Assembly (NCBI GenBank): GCA_040954595.2
Contig: CM082581.2
Span: 9,919,099-9,983,098, forward strand
From: Balanoglossus misakiensis
Lineage: Eukaryota; Animalia; Hemichordata
Direction: 5' to 3'
DNA length: 64,000 nt
Made by a program: the position numbers and the translations under genes. The notes below the pieces were generated by a model. It worked only from the letters and a program-made list of their open reading frames with translations. It did no database searches and had not been told where the DNA came from. This document shows, one piece after another, positions 13,840-25,045 of this stretch; the stretch's first letter is position 1, and each line of letters starts with the position of its first letter.

Positions 13840-16800
13840 GGTTCATATGCCTAGATGCGAACGTTGTGAAAACAAATTTCAAAAATTATCGTCAACAACA
13901 CAACAATAACGCAGAGAACCAGGAGAGAAAAAACTCAAATCATAACAATGGTGTAATCCAAACGTGTTCAGCTTTCAGACACATCATATGGTGATGGTAA
14001 TATCATAACAACATTTGACTAATATATATAAAAATATAGAATTTAGCCTGGCGCATGTACAATGTGGACTAGGCTTTTTGGTTCTATACAGTAAATCAGT
14101 GACTTGGGGAAACATTTGGAGAGAGCACTGACTGTCTCTCTCCAGATGTGCAAATCACTACAATAAGGCACTTCTTACTACAACTGAAGAGGTAACGGCA
14201 CAAATGTACAGAAAAATCGCGTCAGGACTGGTTTGTACAAAATATACATTGATGAAACTATCACGCCAGCTGCCCCTTCGAATAACTTGGAGACAACTTC
14301 TATAGTTAACTCTACACTGCATTGAAAACACAAGATGTTTTTAACAGTTGTACATGATTTTATATAAAAAAAGAAAGTGGTGACGTTTGCAGATCTATGA
14401 AATAAAACATCTTTACATCTCAAAATAGATTTAAGAAAGTCAAAAGTGCAAAGGTGACAAGGCAGGTGGGTTTATTGAAAGCGGAAGCCGAATAGTTAGC
14501 GCTTGGAAGCGACGCTGCGCTAGCAAACGATTCTGCGCAACCGATATGGTCAGATTCCCTCCACGGGTTCAAAATCAGTGCATCAAGGGAGAGACCTCCG
14601 CGCAGGTCACTAAACCTGCACTTGCGTAAAACTCACGCAAAGCACCTCACAGCTCGTGAAAGAAACCTACGCACTTTTACATTCCTTAGATAAACTGGCT
14701 AACTCTCTTTCAACATGAATAAAAATTTCGATCAACACATGACAAATGTAGAAGAACAATATTTGAACTTAAAGTATTTGGGGTTGGTGAAAAGAGTTTC
14801 GGCAGTTTGCACGAATGACAGTGGACGACCCTACGTCATTATTTATTCATTATTCTATAATTTTCATCCCATGATACGAATCATTTTCCAATAATTAGAA
14901 GACTTATTAGTTAAATTAAGTGGGCCTGGCGTTACATATCTGTCCAAGACGATCCCTTTGCAATCAATCGGCACAATTTGTGCGAACGAGGGTTGTTTTT
15001 TGCGCCATTTGTCAATCTATAAATAACTTCTCAAACTCAATACTCAAAACTGGAAGTTTTGTTAAGTTTCGTCATAAAAAGCGAATATCCTCAAAAGAAG
15101 TCCAAACACGGTTTAACGTAAGGTCATGAACGAGGAATTCTTGTCAAAGGGGGCGACTACGTTAGTTCGGTCCCGGCTGTGTAGTATAACAGTCGTCGGG
15201 TAGGTTGAATTTTTTTTCTTTACAAAAGCTGGGATATCCAGCCATCGTTGGTCACGTTGATATAGTTTACAGGGTCTTGTCGAATATTTGAAAATGAAGG
15301 AGGAAAGTGGCAGCTTATAACGCTGAATTTTCTTCGTAACCATGGTAACTGAAGGACGCTTCAGAATGGTTCAAGTTTGTGTGGGGCAACTGCCAACAAT
15401 GCAACAACGTTGTCTCTTGTCTGGGGGTACGTGCAAATATAATCATCATAAAATACGCCCCTTGATCAAATCCTAAAAATACACGAGGGAAAATTACTGT
15501 AAATGTTCCCTAGCGATTTCCTTAAATGTTTCGGGGGATCAAATCTCCAGTGCTACTTATAAATTGCGGTTTACAGCATTGCTGATGTCATAATCGAATG
15601 ATGCACACAGCAACAGCCTGAGGTGCGCATGCGCGCACATCACCTGGCATGTGTGGTCGCGAAATCTCTTTACAATTAACTTCTGGATCCATTGCGGCTG
15701 CGTCGTAATTTTTTGGCAGTGAATGGTGTGGGTTCTGATAAAATAACATTAACTTCTTTCTTAATCTCAAGCATTTGTTTGGAAGGGAGCGTCTCGCAAT
15801 ATCCATAAACATATATTTATATATAAATAAACACATATATCAGTTAGTGGCGGTAGTTGCGTACACAGTAAAATACACGTTAACACTATGGGAGGCATGC
15901 AAACCGCAAAATCTTCACAAAACGGGATATGTAAACAAAAAACCTCAAAATATGCATGAGTAAAAAATCTAGTAACAACAGCACTCTCAAATTATTGTGA
16001 ATACAGGAGGCGAACTCTCTACATGATCCGAGTTCGCGCCCTGTGCAGGCAAAAATGACCTCGCCACTTCAGGACATTTATATACCGTAAATACATGAAC
16101 TCAACATTTTTAGGCATTCCAATTCAACACAATTACTGTACACAAAGCAAAAAGTATACACAGTATAAGAAGTTTGTTTTCATGGAACAAAATAAAAGCA
16201 TGTTCAATTCATAAAGAATTTCCCCAACCATATTTCTTTTGGTTTGGAAAAAGTAAACAAATTTAAAAAACAAAAGAAAACAAAACAACCTTCAGAAAAA
16301 ATCTGGTGATATAAAAAGCAATTAATCCATAAATTATGATAAATTATATAGCAAAATATCAGAGATATATAATTCCTGAGTTATTGAGGTTCATATATGC
16401 GGTCCAACACAAACACTTCATCTCGCAAAGTCAAAAAAACGGAGCGCAACAAATGCTTATGTTACAATGTTTACCATCAACGAAAGTATGTGTGTAAGTA
16501 TGCTCTCGCAAAATAACGTGATTTGCATACAGAGTCACGTTCAGAAATCATGTGACGTGATTAGAAGGCGTCCGAAGATGCAACCAAACGTATTTGCATA
16601 GACAAGTCATCGGTCGCCGAGCGAGACACGCTATACCGCCACGCTATAAGAGAAATTGGCGCCACCATTTTCAGGATGCAGAAAAGTACTGTATATGTAC
16701 ACACTTGACTATAAATAAATGATCATTGCACCAATTTGTCAATCCAATGTACCATTATGGCAAATAGTATGACTTTCTAACGGTACGCTAGAAACGATCA

Positions 16801-17121
16801 AACTCCACCTACACGTGCTGTATCAATCTTTTCCGAAGTCAACCAATCACAAGTCGGAGTGCTCCTCTGTTCCTTTATTATTTCTATCTGCCCATCTGAC
16901 AGTTCATTCGTTGAGTTCAGCCTCTGATTTGATGACACAAATGGCGGAAGACGAGAACAGTTAGATGTGTGTGACCCCCGAGCTCTGGCCGAATGCAAGT
17001 CTGCAGTGTAGAAGTAAACAGATCGACGTCCCAGTCTCTCGAATAGATCACCGGACGATAGAGAATAGACCATCTGTACAGATGATTCCGTCAGGAATTT
17101 GGAGAGGGGGGAAAGGAGGGT

Positions 17122-17406
17122 CTATTGCAAGTTGATCTCGCCAACTTCACAAATGTCGTACCATCGCTGTCGTATCAATCCTTTGTAGACCACCTGACTC
17201 GTGGTGATCGGCGTTGTACTCTCCCGCCTCGGGTTCCACTGTCCCTCGTAATAGTACTTCCCTTTGAAGAAGAACACCTTTTGGTAGTAGTGAGACCGGT
17301 ACGCCGCGTCGATGTTGCTCGGCAGCCCCAGGAACGTCCGGCCGATGCGCGCCGGCCCGAAGTTCGTCTTGCAGCATCCCCACCTCGTGGTATCGAATGC
17401 GTACAC
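17122..17406 (-). CDS. MMP21: MMP21-like exon 6 (end of hemopexin domain, stop codon)
   Basis: Acceptor ACACAG|GTG. Encodes VYAFD...LPSNIDAAY...VFFFKGKYYY...RWYDICEVGEINLQ*, with a terminal Cys to close the hemopexin disulfide; 285 nt. Confidence 0.93.
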   Translation of the reverse strand: MYAFDTTRWGCCKTNFGPARIGRTFLGLPSNIDAAYRSHYYQKVFFFKGKYYYEGQWNPRRESTTPITTSQVVYKGLIRQRWYDICEVGEINLQ

Positions 17407-20400
17407 CTGTGTGTGTCAGACAAAGAGGGGTTTGATCAGTACGGGCTTTTGTCCCTCGCCCACGTCGTGGCGAAATGTCACTCATTCCGCGACAATTTGC
17501 TTCCCGAATTTCCCTAACCAGGTGGCGGCCCATTGAAAGTAGCGCTCTGCGACGGGAACGCTAACAGAACCTGATGCAAGACAAACGAAAGTCAAGCCAG
17601 GAAACAAGACACTGAGTAAGCACACTTCTGACACAACTATACTCCAAGGGTGGGGTACACTGTTTGGCGAGGGGGGGGGACAATTGTTCAATCACCGACA
17701 GCGCGCGTTGGTCTATAAAAAAGACACACTGCTCCCGGTTACCTATTAAATACTCAGTGATCGAGAAGGCACGGCCTCGGAGGGAGTCACAACGAAAACA
17801 CTCCCCCGCAAAGTCTTAATAAGTGAGCTTTTGAGAAAAAGTCGAAACTAAAGTGTCGGACTTGTTTTTTTGAAGAATAAATTCCCCCACACGGGGGACA
17901 ATTGGCTCACTTGTGACATAGATCTGTGAACTTTATATCCAGTAGAACGAGCTACAGGAAAAATAAACCGGACTGTCCTGTCCAAAGACGGCGATGTTTT
18001 ATTTGTCGTTTGACAAGCTGCGATTGGCTTACCTGGGAACCCTTGAAAAAGTAAATGTGGTCATCTCTCTTATCGAAGAAGGCGGCATCTATGTTCGAGG
18101 GAATGCTGGGATAGTTAGTTCCGGGTAGCGCTGGGAAGCCCAGCTCGATCTCTCGTCCGTTCTTGATGTAATTGCCCGCTTCATCATATTCAAATGCCAT
18201 GTCGTTTGTCGAGTCGTACATCCAGTATTTGTCACCTGTGTCAAGAGAAGATTCAAAGCGAATTAGGTAACACACACCGCCTGGAGGCGAGGGGGGAACT
18301 GTTCAATTGGCCCACTGTTGACAGTGACGTAACGCTCGTTGTTTCCATGGCGTTGGGATGGCGAGTTCTTCAGGCCCCGTGAAAGCAGACAGGGCCTCAG
18401 ATGTGTTTATAAAAGTGCAAGAGGTTTGACTTTTTTGTAAGCCAGCCAAGCATGCAAATCTGAAGTTATACACACGGCTTTGACAGAATCAGTGTGGTCG
18501 AGACAGAGTCAGAAGTGAAGAAAGGCGCTTCAGTGACTCTGTTTCTCGGAACAAACAAATAGACGTACGGGAGAGATTGACATGCGGCTGTGTGAAGGCA
18601 GTCGGACTGACAGACAAACAGACAGACACAACCACACACATATGGACAGACTGACCAATGAAATTTGGGATCATACCTTTGAAAAAGAACAGCCTGTTGT
18701 GAAGTGGCGACCAGACATGAACGATGGCGTCGAGCTTGTTGGTCGGAATACCAAACCACTCCTGCCCGACGAACTTCGGGTCTCCGTAGCGTGTTCGGTT
18801 GTGCTGATTTTCGTACATCCAATAGAAATCGTCCTTGAAGAAGTATGAATTATAGATATTGTTGTCGTCGTCGTCACTCGGCCGAACCCAATCAAAGACT
18901 GTGTCGAATTCAACTTCACATTCACCTGGGAGGGGGCAAGATAAAATGGCGATTTAGTACCAATGGAAATATATCTGCATTTCCAGGTCTACTTTACTGC
19001 AACTACATACAGCAGACAGTACAGCTCTACTGTCTATATACAGAACCGCTGTGCGTACAATGTAGGTGTATCCACAATTTACTTTTGTGTTTACTTGATA
19101 ATTGAGCATGTAACTTTCTAAACAATATAACAGTATGATCACAACAAAAACAATAAAACAAACACATTTCCCCCAGTATACATGTCCCTAGCATGCTATA
19201 GGATACTTTGGGTCCAGTTTTAACCGTACAACACTGTTTACTTGCTTCTACTGGTATACATTGTGGAACTTGAAGAAATAGTATTTTAGAGAGAGAGAGT
19301 CGCGCAAGCGCAGTGCTGACTATAGCTCGTCTGTGATCTACCGGGGAAAATCAAGCGCAATTTAAAGCGTCATTGCCCATATCTGTCAAATGGTTATCTT
19401 ATCAATGTCAAAAGTTTTTGATAACCGGTATGAACATATCTGTCCACGATATACATGTAGCTGTTTTCGCCATTTATCAAATGATTTCTCCAAGTGTGTG
19501 ACACTTGAGTTCAGCCATTTCTCTCTCTCAATGAAATCATCCATGAAATAATTGATGCGTATGCTCTCTAGAGATTCCAGCATAGTTTTTCAAGCGTTCT
19601 GTTGAAGTGTATAACTTCACAACCTGGTGTTTCAAGACACCGCGTGAAATGTAACGTACGGTGGATGGGATGTTGAAACAACTTACCATATATGGCCTGT
19701 GCCAGTTTACGATCCAGCCAATCCAACTCCACGTCTCCTTCGTCCTGCGGGTGACGGTAGGTGTTCTGCATGATTGACGGTCTGTCGATCACGTGGGTTA
19801 ATCCCAGAGCGTGTCCAACCTCGTGGATCGCCACACTCAACAGGTCGTACGGTCCGTAGTTGTCCCGAAAGTAGGAGGTGCGTGTCGGGGCAAACTGGCG
19901 GTAGTCGTTGAAGTGAATCGGTCCCGTCACCCACGCGTGCGACAACACCCGCGCCGTCGGTGTGAATTTGGCCTTACATGTGGTAAAACCTAAGACAAAT
20001 AAAAAAAAGAATAAGGTAAATATATCAAAATTAAGCTGCCAAATTTCTCACTTTTTCCCCACAATAAAATACTTCAAATAATCTCCTTATCCTCCTTTAG
20101 AATCATCACCATTAGGCCACATCACTTGTGTTTGCGTCAGTTTCCCATCTCTTGGCGACGCATTCCACGATAGTTGTGTACTCCTTGTATGGAGACCGAT
20201 TAAACGGGTGCGTCACCAGTAAAATCATGAAAATAATGCAAACAAATTTGCGTCTCTTGGCGGCTTTAAATCTACAAATCAGAATTAATGACCATTTAGA
20301 GGCACAATTCACGCTGTGAATACAACGTCCTTGGACTCGGTGTGGTGTACGTGTGCTGCGGCGATTGTCAAACACCGAGGTGAAGATAATCTCGGTGTCA

Positions 20401-23400
20401 ATATCACTTTGACTTTAACAAATGCCGCCGAGCTGAGACCAATTTATGCCCATTTCAAAAGAGTGCTGAAGACTTGTGCGAATCGTCTCATGGTTAGTTC
20501 AGTCACTGGCCTGCTATCACTCATTATTAACCGAAAAAGAAAAATACGATTGTTTTGCTCTTTTTGTTATTGTCATGACAACGGATGTTTAATTCTTTCT
20601 CCCATCTCTTCTTTCGCCACTGTCTTTACTAGTAAGCTCACGAACGAATGGGCCAAGATTTTGAAGATTTCAACTTTAAGATTTATTTGTGGTTCCAAGA
20701 TTTAAAGGAGAACACTCGATCGCGTAATAGATATGATAGGGTCTTCTTTTCGTATACCTTGAACCACAGTCTGTCCAAGGTCTTGGCTCAGACAAACTTT
20801 TAATCGCAACAAAAGGCAAGCCGTCGCGGTCACCATAGATACCGATTTCAATTCAATTTCATCTGAAAACAGCGACAGCGGCGTTACGACAACAACGAGA
20901 AGCTATGCTTTGAGCAGCGCGTGTATACGTGCCGGACCTTTCAACGGGGTTTGTTAAGCCAATGGGGCCAGGATGGTATATATATTCACTGAAAGGGTTT
21001 TAGCCCATGAAGAATTTCGACTATTCGGGACTAAGTTGACAACGTTTCGACGCAAAGGAAAAAAAACTGTCAGGGGCTCGGCAAAAAAAGCTTGAGATAA
21101 ATAAACTTAGGAATGCGAGTTTGGAGGGCAAGTTAGTCCACTGAATAGATCCTATTCAACGCTGAATAGTTGTTTTTGTCCGGTGTTCTGCCGGTGGTTG
21201 GTTCGTCCCTTTAGTTCTTCACCCAGGTACCTCGTAAACTATGTTGATCAATGTCCAAATCGTTGTGTATCCCATCCACTGCTCTATCTTCGGGATATTT
21301 CCATCAAAATACACCCTGTGCGTGGATTAGACTTGTTTGTCTCGGGTTGTTATTAGTTTTCAGCGTGCAAGTCGCTCTCTGCTTAGGCGTTTACTCCAGT
21401 TCGAGACACTGGTGCTCTTTTTACTTGGTCTGGTGAGGGGGGGGGGGGGTACTTGAGAGACACGTGGAGAATCAAAAGTGACTGACGGATAAATCGAGGT
21501 TTCAGGGGAGAATTCAGATTCCGAATAGTGGTAATCACATGCCGGGGGAGCATCTTTTTATGAATACTTAAATACCTTGTGGTTAGTACAGCTCAGACCC
21601 GAAATCCAAAATTCTTTTGGATTTTGCGACTGTTCGACAAGACGATTTTCCCGCCAATTAACAAAACTCTGCAAATCGGCTCGGTGGGAACAATATCGCT
21701 CAGATTTTCTCGCAGCGTTTTTTTTTCTTCTGTATCCTTGTGTTCAGCAGGTCCAAGCTCGGCATGCGTAACTCTGTCACTCCAAACGTCGAGACGCAAC
21801 ATGACAATAGACACGTTTTGACCTGTACAGGCGGCGGGTCAACTCGATTCATTCCCAATTGGTTTCCATAGAGCGCCTCCGCACATGATCTACCCTGGTT
21901 ACTGCTCTTCATTATCAGTTGGTTACCCCACGCAGCTGACCAGTCTCCGTCGCATTTATCGTTAATATTTCATTTTTATGAACGCGAACATTCTTCGATA
22001 TCCCCTCGCCGCGTACGAGACACGAGCGAACGCGCGACAGCCGGTTTTATCGCACCAGATTCGCGAGAGGAGGGAAATATCACGTTGCAAAGTGTTGAAA
22101 GGTCGAACACGGAGACGTTACAGTAAAAAGGCGAAACAAATTACAAATTGCGACAGGGACGTGATTCGGTTGCGCAAATTTAGGGGGGTTGTGTATCAAA
22201 GACCAGAAATCAACATAGTCTTACATGTCCGATAGTTCAAATGATATGTGGGGCAAAAATGTACTACTCAAAATACCCTACTCGACAGATTGAGTGCTGA
22301 TAAACGAAAGCCACAAAAATATTGGCTTTCAACACTCGGTAATGATATAATTGGGTCATGGTAATGAGGGTACATGACGATAGCCTATCTTTTACACGGA
22401 TGTTGGGTCTACTCAGTTTTCACGTGTAAGCATACATGACGTTGTACGTATCCAACCTATTGGCTGCGCTGCGGAGTTTCTCAGAACTATATATACATAA
22501 ATAGCATGTTTTATCACGTAGAATGACGTGAATTCTATCAAGATATAATGAATCATCACCACCGCCATTCAAAAAAATAAATGAAACAGTAACTGTGCTA
22601 CTTACGAGTTTCGAATGCAACTTCGGTATCAACGGACATGATATCGCCTTCCCGACGCTCTACAAAGTTGATTGGTAGAATTTCATCCCAGATACGGAAG
22701 GCGGTAAAGATGGCGCCCCGTTGCTCGTTCGCCGACATGTCCCTCGTGTACCCATCACTGAGTATTCTGTAATATATGACTTCTTTGTCTCTAGGGTACC
22801 GAACAAGAGTGTCGTCATCCTGTGTCGTCGTCGACGAACTTCCTTCGCCCGTGCTCCGTGTCTGCCGTGACTTGCCGTTGTGGAATCGCTCGATGAATCT
22901 CTTTCGGCGCAGGCCTTTCTTGTCGATGTTCGGACCGTCGGGAAGACTATTGGTACTTGATTTCGCGTAATCCTTCGTTGACGTCGAAGTCATCGTCGAC
23001 CTGCCCGGCGTCGTTTCCTTCGTCGCCGTCACACTCCCAGACTTGGCCGTCGTCGAGTTACTCTCGGAGCCGTCGGTTGTGGTGCTGGGCGACGAAGCAG
23101 ACGGCGCGACGCTGCTTTCGTCCGCCGACGTGGTGTTATTGATGTCGTCGACTGCTGCGGTGACCTCAACATCTGGGTCATCGTAAACCGGCTCCTCCTC
23201 GGACGAGTGGCCTTGATCGAGGACGACCAGCTCCTCGTTGTCAGGGACGCCGCAACGGGGCTGGTACATCAGACTGATAGTTCTGTCATCAAGTTCTCCA
23301 GTCACCGGCAGATTGGAGCGTTTCTGGAGCTCTTTGAGCGCCTCTTCAAAGAGCGACCTTTCGTGCGGCAGTGCAAATTCACGACCGGCTGACTTTTCAA

Positions 23401-24916
23401 AAGAGTCGTCAAATTCCAGAATGTCGTTCAGGTTAGCGGTTTTTGAAGGGCGATCGGCGAACTCGATGGGAACTTGTGATGGGCCGCCGTCACGTGACCT
23501 GGCCATCTGTTTTTTAATTCCTTCCCAGTTCACGTATTCCCATTTATTTTCCTGTTGTTTGTACTCCGGCATGTATCCAAAAGTTTGCAGGTATTGCTGT
23601 GGGAGAAAACAGAATATTTAAGGTGTTTAGTCGGTGCAAGGTTTAATAGAGGAAGTTGGTACCTCTGTTAAAGCAAGATTGGGTGCTATTATCCCTAAAA
23701 ATAATTTCAACACGCGGTTCGCATCGTATTCCATTTTGTAAATCGATTACTGAAGACAATGCTGATGTTACTGCAGTGTAGTCTGTCGTGATTACATAAT
23801 AACGCACCACTTCAGCGCATCACAGTCGTTTTCGAAATAAAAAAAGAACAGCTAACACAGGATAATCAGTGACCAGGACAAGCGATTCACAGACATTTTA
23901 TCGTCAAATTGTCTTGATGGGTGCTTCCGTTTTAAACCGATCGTGTTGCTGTCCATCAGTTCCAATCATCCACGGAGCACCACTAACAAACTACCGCGGC
24001 CGAAAACATTCTCCACGTGTTTGCAGTCGAACAAAAAAAAACGTCCTTAGTTTTGGTAACGAAAACAAACCTCACGTACAGTTTGAGTTCGTCTTCTTGA
24101 AATTCAAAACTGCTAGATATGGAAAAAAAGTTGATGAGAAAATAAAATCGAGAATATTCTTTATCAAGGTTCTTACTGGTATGTGTATGGGGACCGATAG
24201 GAGTGAAACGGGACGCCGTCAGAATAACGATAATACTTGTCTTATCAAATTCCAGACTCCTGAACTCAGACTTTTGCCCACCTCAGCCATATTAAATATC
24301 TACAGCAGATGGGGAAAGTCCACCTTCATCTTTGATAACCAAGGCTGAGACGAATATTCGACGACCCTCTTTCAGCAAAAAAAGGGTTTATATTTAGAAA
24401 ACAAATAATTGGCCATGTTTACCAGAACACGCGTCAATACTCCTTTCCGCGTTCTTTGCATTCAAAGTGTGGCTCTGCGAGGCCTTAACCAAACGTTTAC
24501 ATTCTCCAAATCTCGCGATGTTGACAAGATAAGATTAACCGAATTGGAGACAGATTTCGGAGTCCATCGCACGTAAAAAAATGGTAAATGCTTCTAATCT
24601 GGCGGCGAGAGCAGTATCCTCTCGTGTTAGGTTGGCAAAGGAAAGTGAGAATGTTTATGCGAATTCCGATACCAATGGGGTTGTCAATGAGAATGGGGTG
24701 GAGTATAGGGATAGCAGTTAACACGAATGTTACACATACCTCCGCTGTTTGCGGCGTGATCCTTTCCATCTTCTCGGCTTTGTTGCCGCTGTTTTCAAGC
24801 AAGTCCTGCAAGAATCGTCGGTGGGTGACTCTTTCGGCCAACACGGCACTCGTCGCGACCACCAGCAAAACACAACACACCCGGAGACTCAGGTGTGATA
24901 GGTCGGTCCTCCACAT
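17122..24916 (-). CDS. MMP21: Matrix metalloproteinase-21-like protein, complete gene: join(24916..24740,23596..22606,19989..19687,18925..18677,18235..18033,17406..17122), 2208 nt, 735 aa
   Basis: All introns are GT-AG with compatible phases (0,1,1,1,0). The product has a signal peptide, QYLQTFGY, cysteine switch PRCGVPD, furin site RRKR, HEVGHALGLTH and Met-turn SIM. There is no hinge before the hemopexin domain. Hemopexin motifs FDTVFDWVR, YWMYENQHNRTRYGDP and RWYDIC match my recollection of vertebrate MMP21 (FDTAFDWIR, YWLYENRNNRTRYGDP, KWFDVC). Confidence 0.92.
18033..18235 (-). CDS. MMP21: MMP21-like exon 5 (hemopexin domain)
   Basis: Acceptor GACACAG|GT. Encodes DKYWMYDS...IPSNIDAAFFDKRDDHIYFFKGSQ. 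Donor CAG|GTAAGC; 203 nt. Confidence 0.93.
18677..18925 (-). CDS. MMP21: MMP21-like exon 4 (hemopexin domain, first part)
   Basis: Acceptor CCCTCCCAG|GT. Encodes ECEVEFDTVFDWVR...YFFKDDFYWMYENQHNRTRYGDP...LDAIVHVW...FFFK. Donor G|GTATGA; 249 nt. Confidence 0.95.
19687..19989 (-). CDS. MMP21: MMP21-like exon 3 (catalytic zinc-binding region)
   Basis: Acceptor TTTGTCTTAG|GT. Encodes FTTCKAKFTPTARVLSHAWVTGPIHFND...VAIHEVGHALGLTH (motif 19793-19825)...SIMQNTY...ELDWLDRKLAQAIYG. Donor G|GTAAGT; 303 nt. Confidence 0.95.
22606..23596 (-). CDS. MMP21: MMP21-like exon 2 (propeptide, cysteine switch, S/T-rich insert, furin site, start of catalytic domain)
   Basis: Acceptor TTTTCTCCCACAG|CAATAC. Encodes QYLQTFGY, LPVTGELD, PRCGVPD (23240-23260), RRKR (22898-22909) and AFRIW...DTEVAFET. 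Donor C|GTAAGT; 991 nt. Confidence 0.95.
24740..24916 (-). CDS. MMP21: MMP21-like exon 1 (signal peptide, start of propeptide)
   Basis: MWRTDLSHLSLRVCCVLLVVATSAVLAERV...ITPQTAE has a hydrophobic signal core. A at -3 of the ATG; donor GAG|GTATGT; 177 nt, phase 0. Confidence 0.85.
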
Positions 24917-25037
24917 GTTGGTAACGGGTAGCGAAAGTCAGAGGCAGTGTACGTGTACAATAATGCCTTGGGCGAAGTCGGTCGAGAGACGAGAGCACAC
25001 ACGGTGTGTGTACGATGGGCACGTAAAACCAAGCACC

Positions 25038-25045
25038 TATTTATC
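25038..25045 (-). promoter_or_regulatory. Possible TATA-like element (GATAAATA) of the MMP21-like gene
   Basis: Short AT-rich box ~125 nt upstream of the ATG in otherwise GC-balanced sequence. It is a non-canonical motif match only. Confidence 0.25.

Noticed and set aside
14112-14149. Iron-responsive element (CAGUG in the minus-strand loop)
   Set aside because: The five bases flanking CAGUGN do not pair and there is no bulged C at the canonical position.
17410-17573. Extra MMP exon starting at the CAG acceptor near 17571-17573
   Set aside because: In the required phase 0 it reaches a stop within 19 codons, and the hemopexin sequence is continuous without it.
21602-21624. Perfect 10-bp hairpin AAATCCAAAA-TTC-TTTTGGATTT
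   Set aside because: It is AT-rich and of a length expected by chance in 64 kb.
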